DNA from: a virus
DNA: 64,000 nucleotides
Virus record (IMG/VR): IMGVR_UViG_3300048838_001273
Span: 14,902 to 78,901 of that record
Reading direction: 5' to 3' (one strand)
Positions within the stretch are counted from its first letter, which is position 1. Every line of letters starts with the position of its first letter. Both the position numbers and the translations under genes were made by a program. Under the pieces are notes generated by a model. It was not told the origin of the DNA and did not search any database. It saw only the letters and a program-made list of their open reading frames with translations. Positions 1-9,685 of the stretch are shown here, in pieces.

Positions 1-1742
1 TTGGCAATTCTGTCCGCAAGATTTCTATCATAGTCTTCAGAAATCTGACTCTCTTCTAATCTAATAATATTATCTCCAATGTTTGGTTCTTCTGCCTTAT
101 AACCACCGATATCGAAATACGTCAATACTCCGTCTTTATATCCAAGATTTCCAATTGTTATATAATCAGTAGACCTTATATCATAATCAAGTAGTTCTTG
201 TCTTATATTTAATATTCCAAGAAGATAATTAAATGCATATTTTCTATCTATTTCATCTACATTTGCTTTCGGGTTTTCCGTTAACACAAGTTTAGCTATC
301 TCCAACGCTTCATCATAATTAAATCTTGTGGCTTTTTTTATATAGATTAATATATCTTCATATGTCATGCCGTTTGGCATTATGTTGGTTATGTCATTCT
401 GATATTTTCTTATTTTTTCAAGAGGCTTGTCTTTTATATTTTCTTGAATTATTGCATAATATGCAACATTTTTTTCGGTATCGACAACCTTATATATTGC
501 AAATGTTTGTGCAAGATATTTAGGATTACCACGCATTAGTTTTAACGAAGAATCTGCTTCACTTATGTCTGAAGTTATTTTTATTATTCTTTCATTATCT
601 AACTCAAACGCAAATCCATATCCACCACCACCCATGTATGTTGGTTTAGGTAATTTTAAATATTCTGCTGCACTATCCGCTAATTCTTGGGCATAGGCTC
701 TATCGTCCAAACTAAATGGTTTAACGTTTGGGTCGGGTTTTTCTTGTTCAACAATACTATATTCATCTAAATCAATTGGGTCTCTATCATAAACTTTTTG
801 TTGAATAAGGTATTCTTGTAATTTTAATAGATTTTTATAGAATTTTTTATTATCATCTACACGATTCAACACTTCCTTTAAGTTATTTACTGTATCGTGG
901 AAATTATCTAAAAGATTCGGAATACCAGAAATCGGTTTTTGTGGATATTTATCCCTGTTTAAGACGAAATTTATAAATTCTTCATTAACCATTCCATCAC
1001 CGTCACCAACACCATAAGGTGTTAATGCCCACATTCCCTGACGAATAACTGTTGTATCTCCTATATCTGAAAGTATGTCATCATTACCATGTAAATTATT
1101 GTAGATTTCATATACTCTATATTTTTCCTTACGTTGTGGATTATAATGTGTATCATATACCTCATCGTTTAATCCATAGTCAGTAAGAACAATAGTGGGT
1201 TGACCATTACGTAAAACTTCACCATATGAACTTGGTCTGCCGAAATCTCCGGGTGATTGATTATAGTTATGCATGAGATTTTGTAAATCTTGTGCAAATT
1301 CATTCTCGTAAAAAAATTCAACGGTTTCAGGTTTTTGTCCAAATATTGCTCTCTTACCTTTATTCTGTTCATAATCATTTCTGAGATAATAGTACAAATC
1401 GTTTAAACTCGGAATTCCGGTTAACTCTTTAATTCTTTTTTCAGTAACCTTTTTACCTTTTTCCGCAACAATCCAAGCACCATCATTATCAAATTCAAAT
1501 ATTTTAGTTACAATATCGTGTGTATCTTGATATCTACCAACATCAGATTCTGCATCATTTTGTGCTGCACCCTTTGTGTTTTTAGCTATTTTAAACACCT
1601 TTTCGCCATCAATGTCATAGACAATTCTACCACTACCACTACCTATTCTCTGTAAATATTGGTCGGCAAATTTAATTTTACCAGCGAAAGATTTGATTTC
1701 TTCGAATTGGTCTAAGAAATTTAAAAACTCATCGTATGTCAT
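1..1742 (-). CDS. Tandem protein-kinase-like domain protein (3' end runs off the window)
   Basis: Not in the ORF track; translated by hand from ATG at 1742 (MTYDEFLNFLDQFEEIK...), open to position 1. Two kinase-like modules: RIGSGSGRIVY..KVFKIAK..QNDAE..GDFGRPSSYG..VLTDYG and YMGGGGYGFAF..RIIKIT..EA..TDYITIGNLG..YFDIGG. Confidence 0.75.
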   Translation of the reverse strand, partial: MTYDEFLNFLDQFEEIKSFAGKIKFADQYLQRIGSGSGRIVYDIDGEKVFKIAKNTKGAAQNDAESDVGRYQDTHDIVTKIFEFDNDGAWIVAEKGKKVTEKRIKELTGIPSLNDLYYYLRNDYEQNKGKRAIFGQKPETVEFFYENEFAQDLQNLMHNYNQSPGDFGRPSSYGEVLRNGQPTIVLTDYGLNDEVYDTHYNPQRKEKYRVYEIYNNLHGNDDILSDIGDTTVIRQGMWALTPYGVGDGDGMVNEEFINFVLNRDKYPQKPISGIPNLLDNFHDTVNNLKEVLNRVDDNKKFYKNLLKLQEYLIQQKVYDRDPIDLDEYSIVEQEKPDPNVKPFSLDDRAYAQELADSAAEYLKLPKPTYMGGGGYGFAFELDNERIIKITSDISEADSSLKLMRGNPKYLAQTFAIYKVVDTEKNVAYYAIIQENIKDKPLEKIRKYQNDITNIMPNGMTYEDILIYIKKATRFNYDEALEIAKLVLTENPKANVDEIDRKYAFNYLLGILNIRQELLDYDIRSTDYITIGNLGYKDGVLTYFDIGGYKAEEPNIGDNIIRLEESQISEDYDRNLADRIA

Positions 1743-1795
1743 GTGTTAAATTATAGTATATCCATAAATACAAACTTAGTAATAAAAACATTAAG

Positions 1796-1824
1796 AAAAA
1801 AAGCGCAATTGTTATTGCGCTTTT
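1796..1824 (-). terminator. Intrinsic terminator
   Basis: AAAAGCGCAAT-AACA-ATTGCGCTTTT followed by a T-tract on the minus strand, overlapping the stop of 1812..2507. Confidence 0.65.
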
Positions 1825-2507
1825 GCTTTGTTTTTTTGCTGTATTTCTCGAATGGTTTCTATAACCACAGTTTTTATCATTTCTCGATTTTCTTTGAGCA
1901 CTTCCTTAATACGCTCAACAGCATACATTTCAATAATAGTGTCTTTAATTGCTTCTTCGAAGATAGGTCCTAAATTTTCACTTAAATAACCATTAACGAT
2001 TTTTTTAACATTCTCAACCAAAACGCCTTCATTGATTGTTGAAAGACCACCAGTAGCTGGAGGTGTGGTTAATAATTTTTGACCATTATAATCAACATAA
2101 TTACCTTGATTTGTTCTTGGCTGTGCACCAGTGAAACCTTCAATAGATTCTGCTAATGTTTGTTTTCTTTTTCTTTCGATATCAACAAATAATTGCTCGT
2201 CTCTTTCCGGTGACATATCAATGGGTTCGGTTCTATGTACTGGTTGTTGCACCGGGGCAACAGGCTTTACATCATGTCTTGCAACCTCACCTTTACGCAA
2301 TGCAGCTTTATTATCAACAGTCTTAACTAAATTGCTTGATGCAGTATCCCTACCAGTATTCAAAGATTCAATCAATCCATTTAAAAATGTATCTCGTGGT
2401 GCAAGATTACCACCAACTTTTTCACCGAATGGTGATTGTACCATATTTTTTTCTCTTTTACGAGATTCAATTTCACTTTTTATTTTACTTAAATCTGGTT
2501 TTGCCAT
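1812..2507 (-). CDS. Hypothetical phage protein (possible head/core-associated)
   Basis: 231 aa ORF with the late-type motif upstream, IxE/LxE motifs and a coiled-coil C-terminus. Confidence 0.6.
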   Translation of the reverse strand: MAKPDLSKIKSEIESRKREKNMVQSPFGEKVGGNLAPRDTFLNGLIESLNTGRDTASSNLVKTVDNKAALRKGEVARHDVKPVAPVQQPVHRTEPIDMSPERDEQLFVDIERKRKQTLAESIEGFTGAQPRTNQGNYVDYNGQKLLTTPPATGGLSTINEGVLVENVKKIVNGYLSENLGPIFEEAIKDTIIEMYAVERIKEVLKENREMIKTVVIETIREIQQKNKAKAQ

Positions 2508-2530
2508 TTTTATAAAATTTTATTGTTTTT

Positions 2531-2540
2531 TATAAATACT
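2531..2540 (-). promoter_or_regulatory. Putative phage late promoter motif (coding strand AGTATTTATA); representative of about 17 copies
   Basis: Same motif 12-105 nt upstream of start codons at 1764, 3713, 5149, 13375, 20041, 20360, 23175, 24726, 29696, 30755, 37578, 40307, 50664, 52160 and 56535, and upstream of the RNA cluster at 44251. Confidence 0.65.
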
Positions 2541-2542
2541 TC

Positions 2543-3442
2543 CTATTTAAAAAAAGGTTTCTTTTCTTCTGAGTTTTTTTCGTTTCTTTCTTGTTCAAGT
2601 TTTTCTCTTGTTTGCCTGATGAATCTATCTTCTTCAGGTTTACTGGATTTTGCAGGTGCAACCAATTTATCGTATAAACTACTCAAATTACCAACAATTG
2701 ATTCGGGTGGTACTTTATGTTTGTTTGTTGCCGGAATTACTTCAAATTCATTTTTCTTATTGATTGCAACAAGATAATTGTTTGGTTTTTTCTTCCACAT
2801 GCCCTTAACAATATTATGCAATTTCTGAATATCTGCTGCAGTTTCTTTTCTATTTGCCTTATTTGCGTTATAAAACCTCTGCCACTTATCTGTTTGTGTG
2901 TCAAATGCCGAAACCTTCCGTGCAACAACATCTGGTTCACCAGCACCACCTGTTTTGGCTTTCAATGGTGGAGTGGTTCTTGAAACATATGCAATTATAC
3001 CACCACCCATTTGTTTGTCAGAACCTTCTTTATATTTCGCTGGAATTATTACATGACCTTCTTCATCCACAAATTTTCTTCCAGTAGGATATACGTTTGA
3101 TATTCTATCTACACGAAATAATCTCCATCCCGGTTTTTCTTTACCATCCAAATCATCTGTCCAGTACTCATGTTCGTTTCTTCCACCTCCCATTCGATAA
3201 GAAACACTTTTATAATTATCTTGCCATGCCCTTAATACCTTATTGCCTTCACTTGTTGTACCCAAAACATAAGGACGTATTGTTCTATTACCTGCTTGTA
3301 TACCATTATCACCAGTATAGTAGATATTTATATACTCGTGGTTCTGAATGGCATCAATAAGGTCATTATCTCCGACACCTTCTTTTAAAAGGTTACGAAA
3401 ATTTTTGATATTATCGAACAATATTTTGGCTTCAGCTAACAT
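2543..3442 (-). CDS. WYL-domain protein
   Basis: INIYY..GNRTIRPYVLG..VLRAWQ..GWRLFRVDRIS is the WYL signature; no N-terminal HTH visible. Confidence 0.75.
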   Translation of the reverse strand: MLAEAKILFDNIKNFRNLLKEGVGDNDLIDAIQNHEYINIYYTGDNGIQAGNRTIRPYVLGTTSEGNKVLRAWQDNYKSVSYRMGGGRNEHEYWTDDLDGKEKPGWRLFRVDRISNVYPTGRKFVDEEGHVIIPAKYKEGSDKQMGGGIIAYVSRTTPPLKAKTGGAGEPDVVARKVSAFDTQTDKWQRFYNANKANRKETAADIQKLHNIVKGMWKKKPNNYLVAINKKNEFEVIPATNKHKVPPESIVGNLSSLYDKLVAPAKSSKPEEDRFIRQTREKLEQERNEKNSEEKKPFFK

Positions 3443-3681
3443 TATGCAGTAGCATCGTTATATTCTCGGTTTTTGTTGTACCTGTTTTTTGTCATCGAAG
3501 TTTCTCTCGACTTAATATCAGTAGTACCACCAACCTGATTTTCTAACTCTCCCTTACCTTTTTCGTCTCCATTTGATAATGCATTTGAGTGACCAACATT
3601 ATATTGGTCATTGTTATCATATGAATTTCTGGCAACATTTTGTTTTCTGAATGCCACGCTTTTTTCTTCTAATCTGCTCAT
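3442..3681 (-). CDS. Hypothetical protein
   Basis: 79 aa ORF with the late motif upstream, translationally coupled to the WYL gene. Confidence 0.6.
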   Translation of the reverse strand: MSRLEEKSVAFRKQNVARNSYDNNDQYNVGHSNALSNGDEKGKGELENQVGGTTDIKSRETSMTKNRYNKNREYNDATA

Positions 3682-3724
3682 TTTTCTGTTTTTAATTGAT
3701 TATTGTTATTTTTATAAATACAAA

Positions 3725-4507
3725 TTAATCGTATTTTTTAAATGTCAAAGTAATATATTCTATAAGATGCGGAACAATATCAAGAAATTCCATTTCACTA
3801 ACATCATACCAGCCATAGTTTGAATTTTCCTCATTTAATGTAATTTCTGTTGACTCACCATCAAATCTGCAAGCAAATATTGTTTCTTCACTATCTTTAT
3901 GTCTTTGAATTGTCAAAATATTTGTGACTTTATTAATTTCCAATCCAGTTTCTTCCATAATCTCACGCTTAACAGCTTCTTCCGGTTTTTCGCCCTTATC
4001 AATCGCACCACCAACAAGTGCCCATTTATTAGGCATCCACTGGTCTTTAAAATCCGAACGCTTTAATAAAAGAATTTTATTGTCATCATTAACTATAACA
4101 GCAACAACATTTTGTTTTAATTCCTTTTTTTTCTCACTCTCATTTAAATCTGGTGCAGCACTATATGGTTTTAGTTCTGAATTTGGATTGGTTTTCACAT
4201 CACGCCTTACCTGTTTTGACCTCCGAACACCTGCTCTATCCTGATTCAATGTGGTTTCAATGAATGCTTTCATCGGTTGACCACCAGCAAGTGCGTATTG
4301 CATCTTGTCGTCAGTTTCCGGGTTGAAATAATCAAAGAAATTCTTCAACCTCTTTAGTGCCTGATAGGTCAAATAACCGTTTTTAAGCATGAATTTGGCT
4401 CGTTTAACGCCTTCTCCATGTGGACTGGATACCAAGGTTGCCTGAATACCTCTTAGTACATCTGAAGGTATCTTATACGTTTTATTATATAGTTCTTGAT
4501 TTGCCAT
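3725..4507 (-). CDS. Nudix hydrolase with N-terminal phage domain
   Basis: Nudix box GGAIDKGEKPEEAVKREIMEETGL and ILLLKRS..PNKWAL in the C-terminal half. Confidence 0.85.
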   Translation of the reverse strand: MANQELYNKTYKIPSDVLRGIQATLVSSPHGEGVKRAKFMLKNGYLTYQALKRLKNFFDYFNPETDDKMQYALAGGQPMKAFIETTLNQDRAGVRRSKQVRRDVKTNPNSELKPYSAAPDLNESEKKKELKQNVVAVIVNDDNKILLLKRSDFKDQWMPNKWALVGGAIDKGEKPEEAVKREIMEETGLEINKVTNILTIQRHKDSEETIFACRFDGESTEITLNEENSNYGWYDVSEMEFLDIVPHLIEYITLTFKKYD

Positions 4508-5133
4508 TACTTTCTTTCCAAAAGATTAATTAGTTTATCAATGTCCTTCTTTTCTAACTTATTAATTAGACCAGCAATTTTTTCAATTTTCTTTTCTCTC
4601 ACCTCATTGCTGTCAGACTTATTTGTAATTTCATCTTCCTTCTTATCAACCAATTTCTCTTCAATCACCTTGGCTTCATCAATATTCTCCGGTTCTTGAA
4701 ACGCATTTTCAAAATGTTTTTCAACTGTTTTTACAACCTTTTTCGCCCAATCAAAATCGATTTTCTTTTTATCTTCCGGTTGAGTATTAAAATCATGTTC
4801 ATTATGTAATCTAAAATCGGATTTTAATTTATTCGGATTTCTGTAATAGTATTCCAAGGTCTCCATGTATTTGTCATACATGAGTTTTGCCAAATCATTT
4901 AATAATTCAGATTGTCCTTGATTTTCCTTACCTTCGAAAAACGGTAATAATGTGAATCCAAAACGACCAAGCATGTCATACCTAAATGGTTGCGCACCAA
5001 CCTTAACATTATAGTCAGTAGTATTATTTGCTTGTGACTCTAAATCACTTCCAGATGTTGGTGTGTCGTCTTTCCCAATTAATTCTCCATTAGCATCAAT
5101 TATTTCGAAAAGTTCCCTCTTTTTTATTTTCAT
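4507..5133 (-). CDS. Hypothetical protein
   Basis: 208 aa ORF with the late motif upstream. Confidence 0.6.
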   Translation of the reverse strand: MKIKKRELFEIIDANGELIGKDDTPTSGSDLESQANNTTDYNVKVGAQPFRYDMLGRFGFTLLPFFEGKENQGQSELLNDLAKLMYDKYMETLEYYYRNPNKLKSDFRLHNEHDFNTQPEDKKKIDFDWAKKVVKTVEKHFENAFQEPENIDEAKVIEEKLVDKKEDEITNKSDSNEVREKKIEKIAGLINKLEKKDIDKLINLLERK

Positions 5134-5167
5134 GACAATATGTTTTCATATAAATACTAATTCGTTA

Positions 5168-8100
5168 TTAATATTCATCACTGTCATCAAAATCAGCATT
5201 TAAATATTCACTGGCTTCGCTTTCAATTTCACCTTCTTGTTCATTGACGTAATCTTCAAACGCTTCATCGGAATGTGGAATTTCGGTAAACATTTGTTCC
5301 ATAGTTAAACCCGCAGGAATGCCATATTGTTTTTTAAATCCAGAAAAATGTTTCTCTCTTTTTTTAGTTTGTGCATCTAAATACAAGTCAGTCTCGGTCT
5401 TTGTAGTTAGTTCAGACATTTCTAATTGCTTGAGTTTATTTTCTTCTTCTTCACGCTTTCTGTCAAGTTCCAATTCAACCTCACTCTTGGGGATTTCTAT
5501 ATTGGCTCTGACAATCTGCATGTACACCCCATTATATGCACCAACATGATATTCGCTACCGTCTTTAATTAAAACTAAATCACCCTCACCATATTCATCA
5601 TTTATTGATTTGATTCTCGGCTTATTGCTTGCAACCATTTTATCGTTAAGGAATTTCAATGCACTATCGTAAATTTCATAGTATATTTTATTATCCTCAG
5701 TCATTTTAAACCCATTCCATATAAGTCTTGGGTCATATCCGGTTTTATTCCAGAAATCTACCTCAAGTTTTTCCAGATGCATTGCTTCATCATAATTATC
5801 CAAATCAAAATTCTTCAACACCAATTCATCATTTAATGGATTAAAATCACTTTTAATTAAATGACCATCTTTACCGATTTTAACTAAAATCTTGGATTGT
5901 ACTTCGGGTGCAAATCCAACCAGTAGTGATTCTACACGCTTATTGAATCCATCAAGATATTTCTCGTAATTATATTCACCAGTCATATTTGGATTTTCCT
6001 GTAAATCTTCATTTGTAATTAAAGATGCACAGAATCTTTCAACACCAGTTTCCTTATCAGTAATTTTACGTGAATCGCCATGAGATTTCTTATAACCAGT
6101 ATTGACATAATATACTACACTATCCAATTCAGGTTCTTGTGGCATGTAATTAGCAACAAGTTTCGTTATTTCTTCAATACTTGGATTCTCTTTTAGTTTT
6201 TCGAGATTAAGACTATCTTTATGTTTTTCAAATAATTCCCTTGCAATATTTTCACGTTTTTCAATAAGAAGTTCCATGTGTGCTTGCATACCCTTGTCTC
6301 TGCCGTTCTTATCCTTACCTCTTTTCTTGTATGCGCTTATTGTGGTTTTTATCTTACTTTTACTCGCAATCTTTTTCAAAGGAATTCTCATGTATCTGAT
6401 GTCATCACAATAATCATGGTAATAACTAACAAATTCTTTTCCTTTACCATGTAGAATTAAATCCAGACCCTTATCAATGAATTCCTCAATGTATTCAGGC
6501 ATTACTTTGGATTTGATTGTGTTTCCAGTAAGTTTAATTTTTTCTTTTTCCTTACCAGTTTTCTTATCCTTCGACATTGAAAGAGTTGCGTAATTTATTC
6601 TCGAAAGATTTAAACAAGAAATAGAAACACCATCATTATCAACTGCCATGAATGGCTTCGACATTTCTTCATCATTAAACTTCTCAATGAGTGCTTCAAT
6701 TCCGGTTTTACCACCGTATTGCCACATTTCTTCAATTGTACCTTCTACCTCACCATGTACCACGCCTTCATTAGTTACTCTGATTGTTGTTTTTTCGGGA
6801 TAATGGAAGTTAACACCATCAGTAACAGCCAACAATGCCACACAACCGAAATCAGTAAACCAACTGATTGCATGTCTTAATTCAACCCTACCACTACAAG
6901 TAATCCTTGCAGCACAAACATTATCAGACCAGTTAAATGAAACACCTGAACCCAAAGCACCAAACAATGAGTTGTTCAGAATCTTAATAGGTAACTGTTT
7001 GATTTTCGCCATCGCACCTTCTTTCCCGGATATCTCACCATTAATATATTTTTGGTGTATTTCATGGTCGATTTCCTTTAGAAGTGTAACTTCCTCATTA
7101 TTAAGTTTACTACCATTTGCCAACTTTTTGTAAATGTTACGTGTTGTTGTCAAATATAAAAGCATTTTTTTCAAAACACCTGTGATATCAAACATCGGGA
7201 AGATATCATGTGTTAATTGAAGCATCGGGTAAAGAGATGCAAAGTCGATTTTTATAATTCTTTCAGTATAGCCTGATTTAAAACACCTTGCCAATCCACC
7301 GGAAAATCTTTCGGGTTTATCGCAATGAGGAATAGCCAAATCATTTTCATAACTCCAAGCAGTCATCAATAAGTTCCAAATACCAGCACTACCCATCGTA
7401 CAAATACGCTGATATGTGGTTGGAACTATTTTTGCCAACATGAATGATGACTGATTATAAAGTTCATCGACTTGTTCGGTTTCCCAAAGGTCATCAAGCA
7501 AGTATTGCTTTACAAGTTTTTTACCGCTAATAAATGTTGTAAGTTTTTTCGGTACTGCGACCTCTCTAAACCAACCAACAAATGATTTATTTTCATCCAA
7601 ATGCCTTTTCTTATATGAACTATATTCCCCATCAGTTAAATTCGATTTACTGGTTTGCAGAATATATAGTTTTTTGGCAACATCCTGATATTCATCAGGT
7701 ATTTGAACATAATTGTTTGTTTCATCAATAAGGAAAATCTTATTTTCGGTGTAAAATCTACCAATTGAATTGTCTTCACCGTCAATATACGTTCTATTGT
7801 CTCTTGCAACCTTTTCAAACTTCGCAATATATTTTAATCCTGTTTCTTTTAAATCAGAGTTTACTGCTGCAGTTCTTTTTGTGGCATGTAATATATCAAT
7901 TACTGAATATCCCCACATTTCGGTTGCGGTATACTTATCAGCAGTGTTACCATATTTAACACTAACATTACCCCTTCTTTTAAGAGGCATTTCCTCTTTT
8001 AATGAGGTGGGTACACCGGATAAATCCATTTTGAGTTCCTTGGCTCTACCCAAAATAAAGTCGAAGTCAAAACCTTCAGAATAATACCCCGAAATAACCG

Positions 8101-8833
8101 CAGGTCTGAGATAATCAATTAAATTAAAAAAGTCTTGAATTAATGCTATTTCTGATTCATCGTCATTAGGTTTTTCTACTTCAAGTATTGTTTCGAAACC
8201 CCTGTTATCCCGAACACCGATTGCAAATACTCTTGCGACCTGAAATCTTAAACCAGTGGTTTCAATGTCAAAAGTTACTTTATGAACATCCTTGTATTCT
8301 TCAAACCCCTTATATAGTCTGGTCTGATTTGAAATAAAGAATTGTTCGGTTGTTCTTGGTGCATAAAATAAATCACGATAAAGATAAATAGAATCACCCT
8401 TTTTATCCTTTACGTCCTTGCCGTATTCATCCTTCAGCTTTTCAAAAGGATTTAAACCACCTTCTCTGAAATAACCAACGATACTATTATATGATTTGCT
8501 ACTTGTTACCTTAAAACAGTAGCCATCGACAAGTCTTTTTTGGTTTCCGGTTTTTAGCTTATGTATTTTAATCCCGAATAGGACTTTCATACTTTCTTTA
8601 AGTTCCTCACTTTTACCGGGATATAAGACACGGTTTAGTTTCTCCAAATCCTTTACATACATGAAAGGTTCGTATTCTATTTTTACAATCTTTTTGTCTT
8701 TGCCGGGTTCATGTATTACACATTCAGCATAATTTGTGTTAGGGTCAGTTTCAACATTTACCAAATACTTTATTTTATCATCGTAGCCTTCAAGAAAACT
8801 CTTAATTTCGCCAAGTACTTTTAATTTATCCAT
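5168..8833 (-). CDS. polB: Family B DNA polymerase with 3'-5' exonuclease domain
   Basis: ExoI FDIETTG, ExoII SEGFDFDFI, ExoIII YLLDD, motif A DFASLYP, motif B KILNNSLFG, motif C VTDG. Confidence 0.92.
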   Translation of the reverse strand: MDKLKVLGEIKSFLEGYDDKIKYLVNVETDPNTNYAECVIHEPGKDKKIVKIEYEPFMYVKDLEKLNRVLYPGKSEELKESMKVLFGIKIHKLKTGNQKRLVDGYCFKVTSSKSYNSIVGYFREGGLNPFEKLKDEYGKDVKDKKGDSIYLYRDLFYAPRTTEQFFISNQTRLYKGFEEYKDVHKVTFDIETTGLRFQVARVFAIGVRDNRGFETILEVEKPNDDESEIALIQDFFNLIDYLRPAVISGYYSEGFDFDFILGRAKELKMDLSGVPTSLKEEMPLKRRGNVSVKYGNTADKYTATEMWGYSVIDILHATKRTAAVNSDLKETGLKYIAKFEKVARDNRTYIDGEDNSIGRFYTENKIFLIDETNNYVQIPDEYQDVAKKLYILQTSKSNLTDGEYSSYKKRHLDENKSFVGWFREVAVPKKLTTFISGKKLVKQYLLDDLWETEQVDELYNQSSFMLAKIVPTTYQRICTMGSAGIWNLLMTAWSYENDLAIPHCDKPERFSGGLARCFKSGYTERIIKIDFASLYPMLQLTHDIFPMFDITGVLKKMLLYLTTTRNIYKKLANGSKLNNEEVTLLKEIDHEIHQKYINGEISGKEGAMAKIKQLPIKILNNSLFGALGSGVSFNWSDNVCAARITCSGRVELRHAISWFTDFGCVALLAVTDGVNFHYPEKTTIRVTNEGVVHGEVEGTIEEMWQYGGKTGIEALIEKFNDEEMSKPFMAVDNDGVSISCLNLSRINYATLSMSKDKKTGKEKEKIKLTGNTIKSKVMPEYIEEFIDKGLDLILHGKGKEFVSYYHDYCDDIRYMRIPLKKIASKSKIKTTISAYKKRGKDKNGRDKGMQAHMELLIEKRENIARELFEKHKDSLNLEKLKENPSIEEITKLVANYMPQEPELDSVVYYVNTGYKKSHGDSRKITDKETGVERFCASLITNEDLQENPNMTGEYNYEKYLDGFNKRVESLLVGFAPEVQSKILVKIGKDGHLIKSDFNPLNDELVLKNFDLDNYDEAMHLEKLEVDFWNKTGYDPRLIWNGFKMTEDNKIYYEIYDSALKFLNDKMVASNKPRIKSINDEYGEGDLVLIKDGSEYHVGAYNGVYMQIVRANIEIPKSEVELELDRKREEEENKLKQLEMSELTTKTETDLYLDAQTKKREKHFSGFKKQYGIPAGLTMEQMFTEIPHSDEAFEDYVNEQEGEIESEASEYLNADFDDSDEY

Positions 8834-8854
8834 TTCCTGTTTTTTATTATAATA

Positions 8855-9676
8855 TTATTTTTCTATTTCCCCTTCATCAGAACTAAAGTTGAACGATAAC
8901 TGATACGGTTCAAATTTTTTTTCTGCAACTCTCCATTTTTCAGCAAAATTTTCACCATTTTTATCAAGAATAGCATATCCGTTTCTCGTTAAATATCTCG
9001 AATGTAATAGTAAGAGGTTTTCATTATATTGTTTAGGGAACTCACCAATCTCATAATAATTACTTGCAAGTATTGTTCTACATGGAGCACATTCGCAACA
9101 AGCCTCATAATCAATAATTTCAACATCTTTCGACCCAACTATTTTGGCATTCTCACAACTAAAAATCAAATCCAGATATTTTTTTGGCAATTCCTCTGCC
9201 ATTTGCCATTTTTTCATTTTAATTATTGGAAACACCAAAGGTTTCACATTATCTAAAATAGGTGTATAGGACTTATATATGTTTTGAATGTCATCGAGAT
9301 ATGAAATTGCATCATCATTCATAACATACCCAATTTGAATTTCATCGACATCCAGACTCTGTAGAAACACAACACTTAAAATCCAAATCGGTATTTGTTT
9401 AAAATGTAGACTATTCTCATTTGCTTTAACACCAACATTTAAAGAATATTGAATGTCCTTGAGATGTGAATCATATGAACACCTATCTACATCGAATTCT
9501 TCTTTAAATAATTCATGTAATTTTAAAATTCGATTTTTTTCAAGTATTGTTTTTATCTCATTATTTGTAATCTCAACATATATTGGTGTCACAATATTTC
9601 CTTCTTTTAAATTTTTCCATATAAGATATGTGGAATCAAGTCCACCGGAGAACAAAACTGCAACTTTTTTTGACAT
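8855..9676 (-). CDS. QueC-like (7-cyano-7-deazaguanine synthase-like) PP-loop ATPase
   Basis: N-terminal VLFSGGLDST PP-loop; C-terminal FSC...CCECAPCR zinc motif. Confidence 0.65.
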   Translation of the reverse strand: MSKKVAVLFSGGLDSTYLIWKNLKEGNIVTPIYVEITNNEIKTILEKNRILKLHELFKEEFDVDRCSYDSHLKDIQYSLNVGVKANENSLHFKQIPIWILSVVFLQSLDVDEIQIGYVMNDDAISYLDDIQNIYKSYTPILDNVKPLVFPIIKMKKWQMAEELPKKYLDLIFSCENAKIVGSKDVEIIDYEACCECAPCRTILASNYYEIGEFPKQYNENLLLLHSRYLTRNGYAILDKNGENFAEKWRVAEKKFEPYQLSFNFSSDEGEIEK

Positions 9677-9685
9677 AAAGCAAGA

